Both the position numbers and the translations under genes were made by a program. This document shows positions 12,271 to 23,487 of a stretch of 64,000 nucleotides of DNA, piece by piece. The stretch's first letter is position 1; every line of letters begins with the position of its first letter. Source of the DNA: Eledone cirrhosa (taxonomy: Eukaryota); the NCBI GenBank assembly GCA_964016885.1, contig OZ024743.1, positions 118,172,001 to 118,236,000 of the forward strand, in the 5' to 3' direction. The notes under the pieces are model-generated. The model did no database searches, had not been told where the DNA came from, and was given only the letters and a program-made list of their open reading frames with translations.

Positions 12271-14182
12271 ATGGCGGAGCCACGCCCCCTAGAGGCGGGT
12301 CTGCTGTCGTGCAACGGCGACTTGAGCGTTGAGAGGAGAGGTGAGGCGAGGAGCGCCACCAGCACGAGTGTGAGCAGCGACAGTGCCAGCACCAACGGGC
12401 CGAGCGGCGCGGAAGTAGGTAACAGCGACAACACCAACACCAACAAGCCGAACAGCGCAGAAGGTGGTAATAGCGAGAGCACCAACAAAACAAACAGCAC
12501 AGAGAGTAATAGTAGCGACAGCAACAGCACCAACAAGGCCAACAGCACAGAGGGAAACCACGACACAGGGGAGAACAACAACAGCAATAGCAGCAGCAAC
12601 ACCAACAAGAACAACAACAGTGACAACACCAACAAGAACACTTTCGCTGCTGTGGCAGCGGCTAAAAGGAGACCATGCTACAGCATCGACTTAACCAACA
12701 GAGAGGAAAAGTTGGCCCAGGCCTGGAAAATCATAAATCAAGAGCAGACCTGGGCAAACTTAACTGTCCCGGCAGAAGCCATTGAGGCAGTGGAAAAAAG
12801 AACGGTGAATTTCAGATGCATCTCAGTAGAGACAAAGAGGGCAGCGATAATCGCCCAAGCTGACATAGAAGCCGCACTGAAATACATCAGAGAGGACACA
12901 GACTTCATAGAGAGGGGCAGGCAATACGGCACCGTTTCGGTGCTGTTCAAGTCTGAAGCCCTCGCTGTGAAGCATTCAATGACCCCTTGCAAAACCAGCA
13001 AGGTCATAATGTACCCCTCCCACATGGGAAAACGAATAGCACGTGTGCGCATTCCCAGGATTCCACCAGGACTTGATATGTGGTGGCTCCTGGGTTGCGT
13101 AATCGTGGAAGGAACGGATACAGTCCCGGTAGAGGCAACGAGAACTGCCAGGGACGACTGGTCCGGGGTTGATCTGGAGATACTGCTCCAAATCAGACCC
13201 GAAAACGTAAAAACAATCCCGGACCACATCCGCCTCCAAAACGGGAGGGTGTTGCATATAATGACTGAGGGCAAAAGGCCGCATTGTTTCCTTTGTGGGG
13301 AAACGACACACTTGCGAGCCTTCTGCCCTCAACTGCCGAAAAGCGCAAGGGGTCGAAAGATTCCACTGCTGGCGACGCCGGGACAAGGACCACCAGCAAC
13401 ACCGTCAACAATGGAACCACCAAAATTGCACACCCAGGGGGGAAACGAGGAAAGCTCTCCCATTCCCCCTCCCCCCCAAAATACACACACGAACAAGAAC
13501 ATAAACACTCACTCAGATACAAACACGCTCACAGCCACAGACCCCTCATCCTCCAGCAGTGAAGATGAGGGAAAACCAAAGTCCCCCAAAATACAAAAAA
13601 CAAAACACAAAAAAAAAAAGAAATCCACAAAGCACAAACACCCCCACAAAAAAAAATACACACACCACCCACACAAACATTTTCCCCACAGCATCACCAA
13701 CACAACCACCAAAATCCCCCAAACGCAAACAAGCTAAACAGACACAAGAACAAATAGACACACAAACATCAGAAACTACAGACACCCCACCCACAACAAA
13801 CGCAGACACAATAGAAACAACACTAACAAAGCTATCACCACCACAATCACACGAACAAATAAAACCCGAGCAACAAAACATTAAAAACTTCGTGCTTGCC
13901 AGAAGGGCCAACAAGGAATTGATGGCCCATGTAGCACGAAGCACAAACATCGAAAAAGACGGGGAAACATTTGAAGCGAGCACATTTCGCGTACCAGATA
14001 ATTTGCTTCTGATGCGAATGTCGCTCGCTTCATACAAAGAAATTCGAAAGAGCTTTCCTCGGGATGTGGGAACCCCGAACGTAAAACCCACGTCAAGACT
14101 ATTAAAGGGGTTCCCAAAAGAAACCCCACAAACCATGGAGGTCGAACCACCCGACCTTCACAAGACCCCGGAAGGTAAGTAA
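12271..14182 (+). CDS. LINE ORF1 (about 636 aa if repaired); one frameshift in an A-run near 13610
   Basis: ORFs 12271-13737 and 13559-14182 overlap across poly-A runs. Zinc knuckle CFLCGETTHLRAFC; N/S/T-rich N-terminus. Confidence 0.85.
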
Positions 14183-14211
14183 ACCTTTCCTCTCCCATTC
14201 ATCCTGCCAGC

Positions 14212-17200
14212 ATGGCCATAAGAGTAGGAAGTTTAAATGTTCGTGGCCTGGGGTCGCCCTGGAAGCAAGGTCACTTGCTCAACGACCTCAGGTCACTAGG
14301 AATGGATGTAATTGCCATCAGCGAGACCAGAATTTCCGACACACGCGCACTGGCGCCGATTTTCGACGATTATCAGATCTTTGCATCTGTTAGTCGGCCG
14401 GGAATGGGAGGTGGAGTGGCTGTGCTGTTTAGGAAATGTCTGGATCTCGAGGTAAGGTCAATCTTCCGGGATCCTGACGGAAAGTTGGTGGTCCTGGACG
14501 TGAGCAATAGCGAAGGTGGTGCCTTTAGACTGGTGGCCGTCTACGCCCCTACTGGGGCCGGTCGGCCGGACTTCTTTAGGCGCCTGGAAAACTTTCTGCT
14601 TACGTCTCGCCCTTTACTGTTAATAGGGGATTGGAATGGCATCTTAGAAGCACGCTGGGATTGTGTGGGAGTATCTGATAGGAGCGGGGGGTGCAAAAGC
14701 CTCAAGTACCTGATCAGCCAGTTTCAACTGTCTGACAGGTACCGACTAGATTTCCCTAATGCGCCAGTATGGACCTGGACCAATCGCATAGGGTCATCTA
14801 GATCGTACATAGATAGGATTTTCATTAGGAAAAGAGATAGAAATAGTGTAGGATGTCCACATTTTAAAACGGTTGCCTATTCAGATCACAAGCTTGTGAT
14901 CTGTATGGTCGACCTAGATAAGACACGTAGGTTAGGACCTAGCTACTGGAAGCTAAACATGTCGTTTCCGGCACGTAAAGCTTACAGGGACCGGGTCAAC
15001 AACTTAGTTAAGCAAAAGTTGACAGGGGGGGTTGTCAACAACAGGTGGTGGGGGGCACTCAAAAGAGAGATTAGAGCAACCTCGATAGGATTTAGCAAAG
15101 AAGTAGCAATAGAGAAAAATAGAAAGGAGGAGGGGCTGATAGCTAAGTTAGACGAGGCTATTTGTAGTGGCATTGCAACAGACGTGCTAGCGGCGAGAAT
15201 GGCACTAGACCATTTCTTCAATGCGAAACACGAAGGTTGCATTGTCAGAGCTAAGGCGCGTGCTCTGAGGAACGAGGGAAGCAAAGCTGCCCGATGGGCT
15301 CGCTTTGCAGAGACGCAGCGTGGAAATAAAACCACAATTCGGTCTTTGACGGATCGAGATGGACACGAACTGAGCGATTCCAAGCAGATGTGTGAGGCCT
15401 TTCGCCAGCACTTTGCTCGATTGTTCGGGAGGATGGGTGAGTCGGAGACGGCGGCGGACTTCAGTCCCTACCTCGACGGCTTGCCACGCCTCTCGACGGC
15501 CGACGCTGAGCGCTGCGAAGAGCCGATAACATCAGCCGAAATTCAGGACGCCCTTGTCGGCTGCTCGAGTCGCAAGTCACCCGGTTTGGATGGTCTGCCC
15601 TACGAGCTTTACGTAAATATGCCAGACTTGTTCTCCGATCTCCTCGAAGCGCTCTACTGCAACTGGCAGCAGAACGGGAGCATTCCCAGTTCTGTGAGCC
15701 GTGGCGTAGTGACGCTGATAAGGAAAGACGAGAACAAGAGGGACACACTAGATAATTTCAGGCCCATAACGCTGCTCAACACAGAGTTTAAGATTTTGGC
15801 CAAGGTGTTAGCGAAAAGGTTGGCGCTTGTCGTCAAAGATTTGGTTGGGGAGGCGCAAACTTGCGCAATCCCGACCAGGTCCATACACGACAACCTCCAC
15901 CTCATGCGATACATCATAGAGAGGGTTGGGTGCAAACCTGGCTTCGGTGGGGCTCTGATCAATTTAGATCAATCGAAAGCATTCGATAGGGTCGACCATC
16001 GGTACTTGGAGGCTGTCCTCGAGGCGGCTGGCTTCGGCCCCGTCTTCAGAAGCTGGATCGCTGCAATGTACAGCGGCATCCGCTCGGTGGTCAAAGTTAA
16101 TGGCCACCTCTCGGAACCGTTTCAGATCTCTCGATCGGTCCGTCAAGGGTGCCCTCTCTCCTCACTTCTGTACGTATTGACTCTTGAGCCTCTACTGCGG
16201 AAGCTGGAGTTGTTGCAGGGCATCCCGCTCGAACCGGGACGTAGAAAGGCTGCGTCCGCTTATGCGGACGACATCACCGTGATGGTGTCGGACACCTCGG
16301 AAATCGAGGTGATCCGCACCCATTTGGAGGAATATGAAAGGTTGACGGGAGCAAAACTTAACCCGGAAAAGTCGGTGGGCTTGCAGCTCGGCACCTGGAG
16401 AGGCAAGTCCATGCCGTCCAACAGCGTCGTTGGGCGCTGGACAGACGGACCGGTAAAGTTGCTCGGGGTTTGGTTCGGACCAGACCTCCAGGTGGATAAG
16501 AATTGGGACGAGGTGACGAGCAGGATAGCCAACCTCACCCAGAAATGGGCTGAGAGAAAGCTATCACTGAAAGGGCGGGCGGAGGTGGCGAACGCGTACA
16601 TCGCGTCCGTCATCTACTACCGCCTGGCCGTCGTGCCTTGCCCCCGTCCACGCCTCGCCAATTTGGAACGGCTCCTTTTCAAATTTTTGTGGAGGGGACG
16701 GGTCCCGTTGGTGAGGCGGTCCATCTGCTGCCAGCACCCTCTTCGTGGAGGGCTGGGCATGCCGTGGCTAATGATGCGCAGACATGCGCTGAGGCTGCGA
16801 CATCTCCAGATATTTTGCCTAAACGGTGAACAGGTGTGGTCGCCGTTTGTTAGACGGGCCTTTCCGCAGCTCATCTCTTTGACTGAGCTGCAGTCCTGGG
16901 TCAAGAAGAGACCGAGACTGGGCGACTGGCATCTGGAATGTTGCCAGGCGCTCACTGCACTCTGCAAGGTGGGCAATGCGGTCAGTGGAACTTCCACTCA
17001 AGATTTCTATAGAGGATTAGTGGAGGGCAAGTGCGATGACGTACTAGGAGAGGCTCTGGGCGTCAACGAAGTAGAACTGACCAGTATGTTCCGGAGGACT
17101 TTCGAGCCGGGGACGATGGATAACTTCCAGAAATCCCTCGCTTGGCAGTGCTACCGGGGGGCGCTGCCGGTTCGGGATAAACTCTACAGGCACGGAAGTG

Positions 17201-17631
17201 CTGTCAGACGAACCTGCCCGAGATGCGCGCAGAGCGACGAAACCGTTCTGCACGCACTCGTCCAGTGTCCGTGCATTGCTGACTTGTGGGGTTATGTCGA
17301 ACAGCTATTGTCGCGTGTAGAACGGATCCGGCTATCGTCCGAGTCCATAGTGAAGATTGACCCGCCGCCTTCTTTTGGTCAGGAAGGGCAGGCAATTTTC
17401 CTCTGCCTGGTGGCAGTAGCGAAAGAGGTTGCATGGTGGACCAGGTTGAAAGGACTGAAGACAGACACTTTTCTCTTCGGCCAATCCCTCATCAACTTCT
17501 TCAAGTTTCACTTGGAAAGGAAGGTGAGGGTGGAGAGAGAAGTGCTGCCCCCCAGTACATTTACTGAAAGGTGGGTGAATGTGGCGAGAATGGCCCGCGT
17601 GAGTGGGCCTACTCTGATCATGCGCCTGTAG
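14212..17631 (+). CDS. LINE ORF2, intact 1139 aa: APE endonuclease, reverse transcriptase, C-terminal CCHC zinc finger
   Basis: Motifs SLNVRGL, SETR, GDWN, SDH, WKLN, KSPGLDG, FRPITLLN, KAFDRV, QGCPLS, YADD and CPRC...ETVLHALVQC. Confidence 0.98.
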   Translation: MAIRVGSLNVRGLGSPWKQGHLLNDLRSLGMDVIAISETRISDTRALAPIFDDYQIFASVSRPGMGGGVAVLFRKCLDLEVRSIFRDPDGKLVVLDVSNSEGGAFRLVAVYAPTGAGRPDFFRRLENFLLTSRPLLLIGDWNGILEARWDCVGVSDRSGGCKSLKYLISQFQLSDRYRLDFPNAPVWTWTNRIGSSRSYIDRIFIRKRDRNSVGCPHFKTVAYSDHKLVICMVDLDKTRRLGPSYWKLNMSFPARKAYRDRVNNLVKQKLTGGVVNNRWWGALKREIRATSIGFSKEVAIEKNRKEEGLIAKLDEAICSGIATDVLAARMALDHFFNAKHEGCIVRAKARALRNEGSKAARWARFAETQRGNKTTIRSLTDRDGHELSDSKQMCEAFRQHFARLFGRMGESETAADFSPYLDGLPRLSTADAERCEEPITSAEIQDALVGCSSRKSPGLDGLPYELYVNMPDLFSDLLEALYCNWQQNGSIPSSVSRGVVTLIRKDENKRDTLDNFRPITLLNTEFKILAKVLAKRLALVVKDLVGEAQTCAIPTRSIHDNLHLMRYIIERVGCKPGFGGALINLDQSKAFDRVDHRYLEAVLEAAGFGPVFRSWIAAMYSGIRSVVKVNGHLSEPFQISRSVRQGCPLSSLLYVLTLEPLLRKLELLQGIPLEPGRRKAASAYADDITVMVSDTSEIEVIRTHLEEYERLTGAKLNPEKSVGLQLGTWRGKSMPSNSVVGRWTDGPVKLLGVWFGPDLQVDKNWDEVTSRIANLTQKWAERKLSLKGRAEVANAYIASVIYYRLAVVPCPRPRLANLERLLFKFLWRGRVPLVRRSICCQHPLRGGLGMPWLMMRRHALRLRHLQIFCLNGEQVWSPFVRRAFPQLISLTELQSWVKKRPRLGDWHLECCQALTALCKVGNAVSGTSTQDFYRGLVEGKCDDVLGEALGVNEVELTSMFRRTFEPGTMDNFQKSLAWQCYRGALPVRDKLYRHGSAVRRTCPRCAQSDETVLHALVQCPCIADLWGYVEQLLSRVERIRLSSESIVKIDPPPSFGQEGQAIFLCLVAVAKEVAWWTRLKGLKTDTFLFGQSLINFFKFHLERKVRVEREVLPPSTFTERWVNVARMARVSGPTLIMRL

Positions 17632-18122
17632 GCTGGTGAATTCGAGAAGGAGAGGGGTGCCCTTCCCGGGTGCCCTAGGAGCGTCGGGTGGCTCAGGACT
17701 GGTGGGGTGCTTGAGTCAACCCTGGGTGGTGATCCCTCTTATTGGGGAACTTTCATTGTTGTATTTTTATTGTTATTTTGTTTTTGTTTTTTTTGTTATT
17801 TATACTTACTCGATCTCTATGTAAACCCCCACTGTCCCTGTCTATTGTGTTGTCCCCTATATGTCGGCCCTTGTGGCCAATAAATGAAATCATTATTATT
17901 ATTATTATTATTGACGAAAGTGGATGTACGTTTTTTGAAGCTCCGTGAGTAAGCAATTTTTGAGGATTAATTGTAGAGAATTGTTTATTTTTTGTACCGC
18001 TGAAGCATTATAAGACATTAATTTGTATCCTGTGAAGGAATAACTCATAATATTTGGGCCTTTTGGCCCAAATATTTGAACTTTATTTTGAAAAAAAATA
18101 ATAATTTTTTTCTCAAAAAAAC

Positions 18123-20038
18123 ATGGCGGAGCCACGCCCCCTAGAGGCGGGTCTGCTGTCGTGCAACGGCGACTTGAGCGTTGAGAGGAGAGGTGAGGCG
18201 AGGAGCGCCACCAGCACGAATGTGAGCAGCGACAGTGCCAGCACCAACGGGCCGAGCGGCGCGGAAGGTGGTAACAGCGACAACACCAACACCAACAAGC
18301 CGAACAGCGCAGAAGGTGGTAATAACGAGAGCACCAACAAAACGAACAGCACAGAGAGTAATAGTAGCGACAGCAGCAGCACCAACAAGGCCAACAGCAC
18401 AGAAGGTAACCACGACACAGGGGAGAACAACAACAGCAATAGCAGCAGCAACACCAACAAGAACAACAACAGTGACAACACCAACAAGAACACTTTCGCT
18501 GCTGTGGCAGCGGCTAAAAGGAGACCATGCTACAGCATCGACTTAACCAACAGAGAGGAAAAGTTGGCCCAGGCCTGGAAAATCATAAATCAAGAGCAGA
18601 CCTGGGCAAACTTAACTGTCCCGGCAGAAGCCATTGAGGCAGTGGAAAAAAGAACGGTGCATTTCAGATGCATCTCAGTAGAGACAAAGAGGGCAGCGAT
18701 AATCGCCCAAGCTGACATAGAAGCCGCACTGAAATACATCAGAGAGGACACAGACTTCATAGAGAGGGGCAGGCAATACGGCACCGTTTCGGTGCTGTTC
18801 AAGTCTGAAGCCCTCGCTGTGAAGCATTCAATGACCCCTTGCAAAACCAGCAAGGTCATAATGTACCCCTCCCACATGGGAAAACGAATAGCACGTGTGC
18901 GCATTCCCAGGATTCCACCAGGACTTGATATGTGGTGGCTCCTGGGTTGCGTAATCGTGGAAGGAACGGATACAGTCCCGGTAGAGGCAACGAGAACTGC
19001 CAGGGACGACTGGTCCGGGGTTGATCTGGAGATACTGCTCCAAATCAGACCCGAAAACGTAAAAACAATCCCGGACCACATCCGCCTCCAAAACGGGAGG
19101 GTGTTGCATATAATGACTGAGGGCAAAAGGCCGCATTGTTTCCTTTGTGGGGAAACGACACACTTGCGAGCCTTCTGCCCTCAACTGCCGAAAAGCGCAA
19201 GGGGTCGAAAGATTCCACTGCTGGCGACGCCGGGACAAGGACCACCAGCAACACCGTCAACAATGGAACCACCAAAATTGCACACCCAGGGGGGAAACGA
19301 GGAAAGCTCTCCCATTCCCCCTCCCCCCCAAAATACACACACGAACAAGAACATAAACACTCACTCAGACACAAACACGCTCACAGCCACAGACCCCTCA
19401 TCCTCCAGCAGTGAAGATGAGGGAAAACCAAAGTCCCCCAAAATACAAAAAACAAAACACAAAAAAAAAAGAAATCCACAAAGCACAAACACCCCCACAA
19501 AAAAAAAAAAAATACACACACCACCCACACAAACATTTTCCCCACAGCATCACCAACACAACCACCAAAATCCCCCAAACGCAAACAAGCTAAACAGACA
19601 CAAGAACAAATAGACACACAAACATCAGAAACTACAGACACCCCACCCACAACAAACGCAGACACAATAGAAACAACACTAACAAAGCTATCACCACCAC
19701 AATCACACGAACAAATAAAACCCGAGCAACAAAACATTAAAAACTTCGTGCTTGCCAGAAGGGCCAACAAGGAATTGATGGCCCATGTAGCACGAAGCAC
19801 AAACATCGAAAAAGACGGGGAAACATTTGAAGCGAGCACATTTCGCGTACCAGATAATTTGCTTCTGATGCGAATGTCGCTCGCTTCATACAAAGAAATT
19901 CGAAAGAGCTTTCCTCGGGATGTGGGAACCCCGAACGTAAAACCCACGTCAAGACTATTAAAGGGGTTCCCAAAAGAAACCCCACAAACCATGGAGGTCG
20001 AACCACCCGACCTTCACAAGACCCCGGAAGGTAAGTAA
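18123..20038 (+). CDS. LINE ORF1; one frameshift in the A-run near 19500
   Basis: ORF 18123-19613 plus the downstream frame ending at 20038; CCHC knuckle present. Confidence 0.85.
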
Positions 20039-20067
20039 ACCTTTCCTCTCCCATTCATCCTGCCAGC

Positions 20068-23000
20068 ATGGCCATAAGAGTAGGAAGTTTAAATGTTCGT
20101 GGCCTGGGGTCGCCCTGGAAGCAAGGTCACTTGCTCAACGACCTCAGGTCACTAGGAATGGATGTAATTGCCATCAGCGAGACCAGAATATCCGACACAC
20201 GCGCACTGGCGCCGATTTTCGACGATTATCAGATCTTTGCATCTGTTAGTCGGCCGGGAATGGGAGGTGGAGTGGCTGTGCTGTTTAGGAAATGTCTGGA
20301 TCTCGAGGTAAGGTCAATCTTCCGGGATCCTGACGGAAAGTTGGTGGTCCTGGACGTGAGCAATAGCGAAGGTGGTGCCTTTAGACTGGTGGCCGTCTAC
20401 GCCCCTACTGGGGCCGGTCGGCCGGACTTCTTTAGGCGCCTGGAAAACTTTCTGCTTACGTCTCGCCCTTTACTGTTAATAGGGGATTGGAATGGCATCT
20501 TAGAAGCACGCTGGGATTGTGTGGGAGTATCTGATAGGAGCGGGGGGTGCAAAAGCCTCAAGTACCTGATCAGCCAGTTTCAACTGTCTGACAGGTACCG
20601 ACTAGATTTCCCTAATGCGCCAGTATGGACCTGGACCAATCGCATAGGGTCATCTAGATCGTACATAGATAGGATTTTCATTAGGAAAAGAGATAGAAAT
20701 AGTGTAGGATGTCCACATTTTAAAACGGTTGCCTATTCAGATCACAAGCTTGTGATCTGTATGGTCGACCTAGATAAGACACGTAGGTTAGGACCTAGCT
20801 ACTGGAAGCTAAACATGTCGTTTCCGGCACGTAAAGCTTACAGGGACCGGGTCAACAACTTAGTTAAGCAAAAGTTGACAGGGGGGGTTGTCAACAACAG
20901 GTGGTGGGGGGCACTCAAAAGAGAGATTAGAGCAACCTCGATAGGATTTAGCAAAGAAGTAGCAATAGAGAAAAATAGAAAGGAGGAGGGGCTGATAGCT
21001 AAGTTAGACGAGGCTATTTGTAGTGGCATTGCAACAGACGTGCTAGCGGCGAGAATGGCACTAGACCATTTCTTCAATGCGAAACACGAAGGTTGCATTG
21101 TCAGAGCTAAGGCGCGTGCTCTGAGGAACGAGGGAACCAAAGCTGCCCGATGGGCTCGCTTTGCAGAGACGCAGCGTGGAAATAAAACCACAATTCGGTC
21201 TTTGACGGATCGAGATGGACACGAACTGAGCGATTCCAAGCAGATGTGTGAGGCCTTTCGCCAGCACTTTGCTCGATTGTTCGGGAGGATGGGTGAGTCG
21301 GAGACGGCGGCGGACTTCAGTCCCTACCTCGACGGCTTGCCACGCCTCTCGACGGCCGACGCTGAGCGCTGCGAAGAGCCGATAACATCAGCCGAAATTC
21401 AGGACGCCCTTGTCGGCTGCTCGAGTCGCAAGTCACCCGGTTTGGATGGTCTGCCCTACGAGCTTTACGTAAATATGCCAGACTTGTTCTCCGATCTCCT
21501 CGAAGCGCTCTACTGCAACTGGCAGCAGAACGGGAGCATTCCCAGTTCTGTGAGCCGTGGCGTAGTGACGCTGATAAGGAAAGACGAGAACAAGAGGGAC
21601 ACACTAGATAATTTCAGGCCCATAACCCTGCTCAACACAGAGTTTAAGATTTTGGCCAAGGTGTTAGCGAAAAGGTTGGCGCTTGTCGTCAAAGATTTGG
21701 TTGGGGAGGCGCAAACTTGCGCAATCCCGACCAGGTCCATACACGACAACCTCCACCTCATGCGATACATCATAGAGAGGGTTGGGTGCAAACCTGGCTT
21801 CGGTGGGGCTCTGATCAATTTAGATCAATCGAAAGCATTCGATAGGGTCGACCATCGGTACTTGGAGGCTGTCCTCGAGGCGGCTGGCTTCGGCCCCGTC
21901 TTCAGAAGCTGGATCGCTGCAATGTACAGCGGCATCCGCTCGGTGGTCAAAGTTAATGGCCACCTCTCGGAACCGTTTCAGATCTCTCGATCGGTCCGTC
22001 AAGGGTGCCCTCTCTCCTCACTTCTGTACGTATTGACTCTTGAGCCTCTACTGCGGAAGCTGGAGTTGTTGCAGGGCATCCCGCTCGAACCGGGACGTAG
22101 AAAGGCTGCGTCCGCTTATGCGGACGACATCACCGTGATGGTGTCGGACACCTCGGAAATCGAGGTGATCCGCACCCATTTGGAGGAATATGAAAGGTTG
22201 ACGGGAGCAAAACTTAACCCGGAAAAGTCGGTGGGCTTGCAGCTCGGCACCTGGAGAGGCAAGTCCATGCCGTCCAACAGCGTCGTTGGGCGCTGGACAG
22301 ACGGACCGGTAAAGTTGCTCGGGGTTTGGTTCGGACCAGACCTCCAGGTGGATAAGAATTGGGACGAGGTGACGAGCAGGATAGCCAACCTCACCCAGAA
22401 ATGGGCTGAGAGAAAGCTATCACTGAAAGGGCGGGCGGAGGTGGCGAACGCGTACATCGCGTCCGTCATCTACTACCGCCTGACCGTCGTGCCTTGCCCC
22501 CGTCCACGCCTCGCCAATTTGGAACGGCTCCTTTTCAAATTTTTGTGGAGGGGACGGGTCCCGTTGGTGAGGCGGTCCATCTGCTGCCAGCACCCTCTTC
22601 GTGGAGGGCTGGGCATGCCGTGGCTAATGATGCGCAGACATGCGCTGAGGCTGCGACATCTCCAGATATTTTGCCTAAACGGTGAACAGGTGTGGTCGCC
22701 GTTTGTTAGACGGGCCTTTCCGCAGCTCATCTCTTTGACTGAGCTGCAGTCCTGGGTCAAGAAGAGACCGAGACTGGGCGACTGGCATCTGGAATGTTGC
22801 CAGGCGCTCACTGCACTCTGCAAGGCGGGCAATGCGGTCAGTGGAACTTCCACTCAAGATTTCTATAGAGGATTAGTGGAGGGCAAGTGCGATGACGTAC
22901 TAGGAGAGGCTCTGGGCGTCAACGAAGTAGAACTGACCAGTATGTTCCGGAGGACTTTCGAGCCGGGGACGATGGATAACTTCCAGAAATCCCTCGCTTG

Positions 23001-23487
23001 GCAGTGCTACCGGGGGGCGCTGCCGGTTCGGGATAAACTCTACAGGCACGGAAGTGCTGTCAGACGAACCTGCCCGAGATGCGCGCAGAGCGACGAAACC
23101 GTTCTGCACGCACTCGTCCAGTGTCCGTGCATTGCTGACTTGTGGGGTTATGTCGAACAGCTATTGTCGCGTGTAGAACGGATCCGGCTATCGTCCGAGT
23201 CCATAGTGAAGATTGACCCGCCGCCTTCTTTTGGTCAGGAAGGGCAGGCAATTTTCCTCTGCCTGGTGGCAGTAGCGAAAGAGGTTGCATGGTGGACCAG
23301 GTTGAAAGGACTGAAGACAGACACTTTTCTCTTCGGCCAATCCCTCATCAACTTCTTCAAGTTTCACTTGGAAAGGAAGGTGAGGGTGGAGAGAGAAGTG
23401 CTGCCCCCCAGTACATTTACTGAAAGGTGGGTGAATGTGGCGAGAATGGCCCGCGTGAGTGGGCCTACTCTGATCATGCGCCTGTAG
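20068..23487 (+). CDS. LINE ORF2, intact 1139 aa (APE-RT-zinc finger)
   Basis: Same motifs as 14212-17631. I see three amino-acid differences (S/T, A/T, V/A). Confidence 0.98.
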   Translation: MAIRVGSLNVRGLGSPWKQGHLLNDLRSLGMDVIAISETRISDTRALAPIFDDYQIFASVSRPGMGGGVAVLFRKCLDLEVRSIFRDPDGKLVVLDVSNSEGGAFRLVAVYAPTGAGRPDFFRRLENFLLTSRPLLLIGDWNGILEARWDCVGVSDRSGGCKSLKYLISQFQLSDRYRLDFPNAPVWTWTNRIGSSRSYIDRIFIRKRDRNSVGCPHFKTVAYSDHKLVICMVDLDKTRRLGPSYWKLNMSFPARKAYRDRVNNLVKQKLTGGVVNNRWWGALKREIRATSIGFSKEVAIEKNRKEEGLIAKLDEAICSGIATDVLAARMALDHFFNAKHEGCIVRAKARALRNEGTKAARWARFAETQRGNKTTIRSLTDRDGHELSDSKQMCEAFRQHFARLFGRMGESETAADFSPYLDGLPRLSTADAERCEEPITSAEIQDALVGCSSRKSPGLDGLPYELYVNMPDLFSDLLEALYCNWQQNGSIPSSVSRGVVTLIRKDENKRDTLDNFRPITLLNTEFKILAKVLAKRLALVVKDLVGEAQTCAIPTRSIHDNLHLMRYIIERVGCKPGFGGALINLDQSKAFDRVDHRYLEAVLEAAGFGPVFRSWIAAMYSGIRSVVKVNGHLSEPFQISRSVRQGCPLSSLLYVLTLEPLLRKLELLQGIPLEPGRRKAASAYADDITVMVSDTSEIEVIRTHLEEYERLTGAKLNPEKSVGLQLGTWRGKSMPSNSVVGRWTDGPVKLLGVWFGPDLQVDKNWDEVTSRIANLTQKWAERKLSLKGRAEVANAYIASVIYYRLTVVPCPRPRLANLERLLFKFLWRGRVPLVRRSICCQHPLRGGLGMPWLMMRRHALRLRHLQIFCLNGEQVWSPFVRRAFPQLISLTELQSWVKKRPRLGDWHLECCQALTALCKAGNAVSGTSTQDFYRGLVEGKCDDVLGEALGVNEVELTSMFRRTFEPGTMDNFQKSLAWQCYRGALPVRDKLYRHGSAVRRTCPRCAQSDETVLHALVQCPCIADLWGYVEQLLSRVERIRLSSESIVKIDPPPSFGQEGQAIFLCLVAVAKEVAWWTRLKGLKTDTFLFGQSLINFFKFHLERKVRVEREVLPPSTFTERWVNVARMARVSGPTLIMRL

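Larger units (their letters stand above)
12059..17912 (+). mobile_element. L1/Tx1-type LINE copy C (subfamily 2), full length, with (ATT)n tail 17892-17912
   Basis: Begins GACGAAAGTGG after the ATT tail of copy B. ORF1, intact ORF2, and 3' end GGCCCTTGTGGCCAATAAATGAAATC(ATT)n. Confidence 0.97.

Noticed and set aside
14175-14210. 36-nt intron fusing ORF1 to ORF2
   Set aside because: Removal leaves ORF2 out of frame (GAA GCA TGG CCA TAA), and the intron would be very short.
12261-17434. Antisense and alternative-frame ORFs inside the LINEs
   Set aside because: Shadows of GC-rich or low-complexity sense ORFs with no independent motifs.
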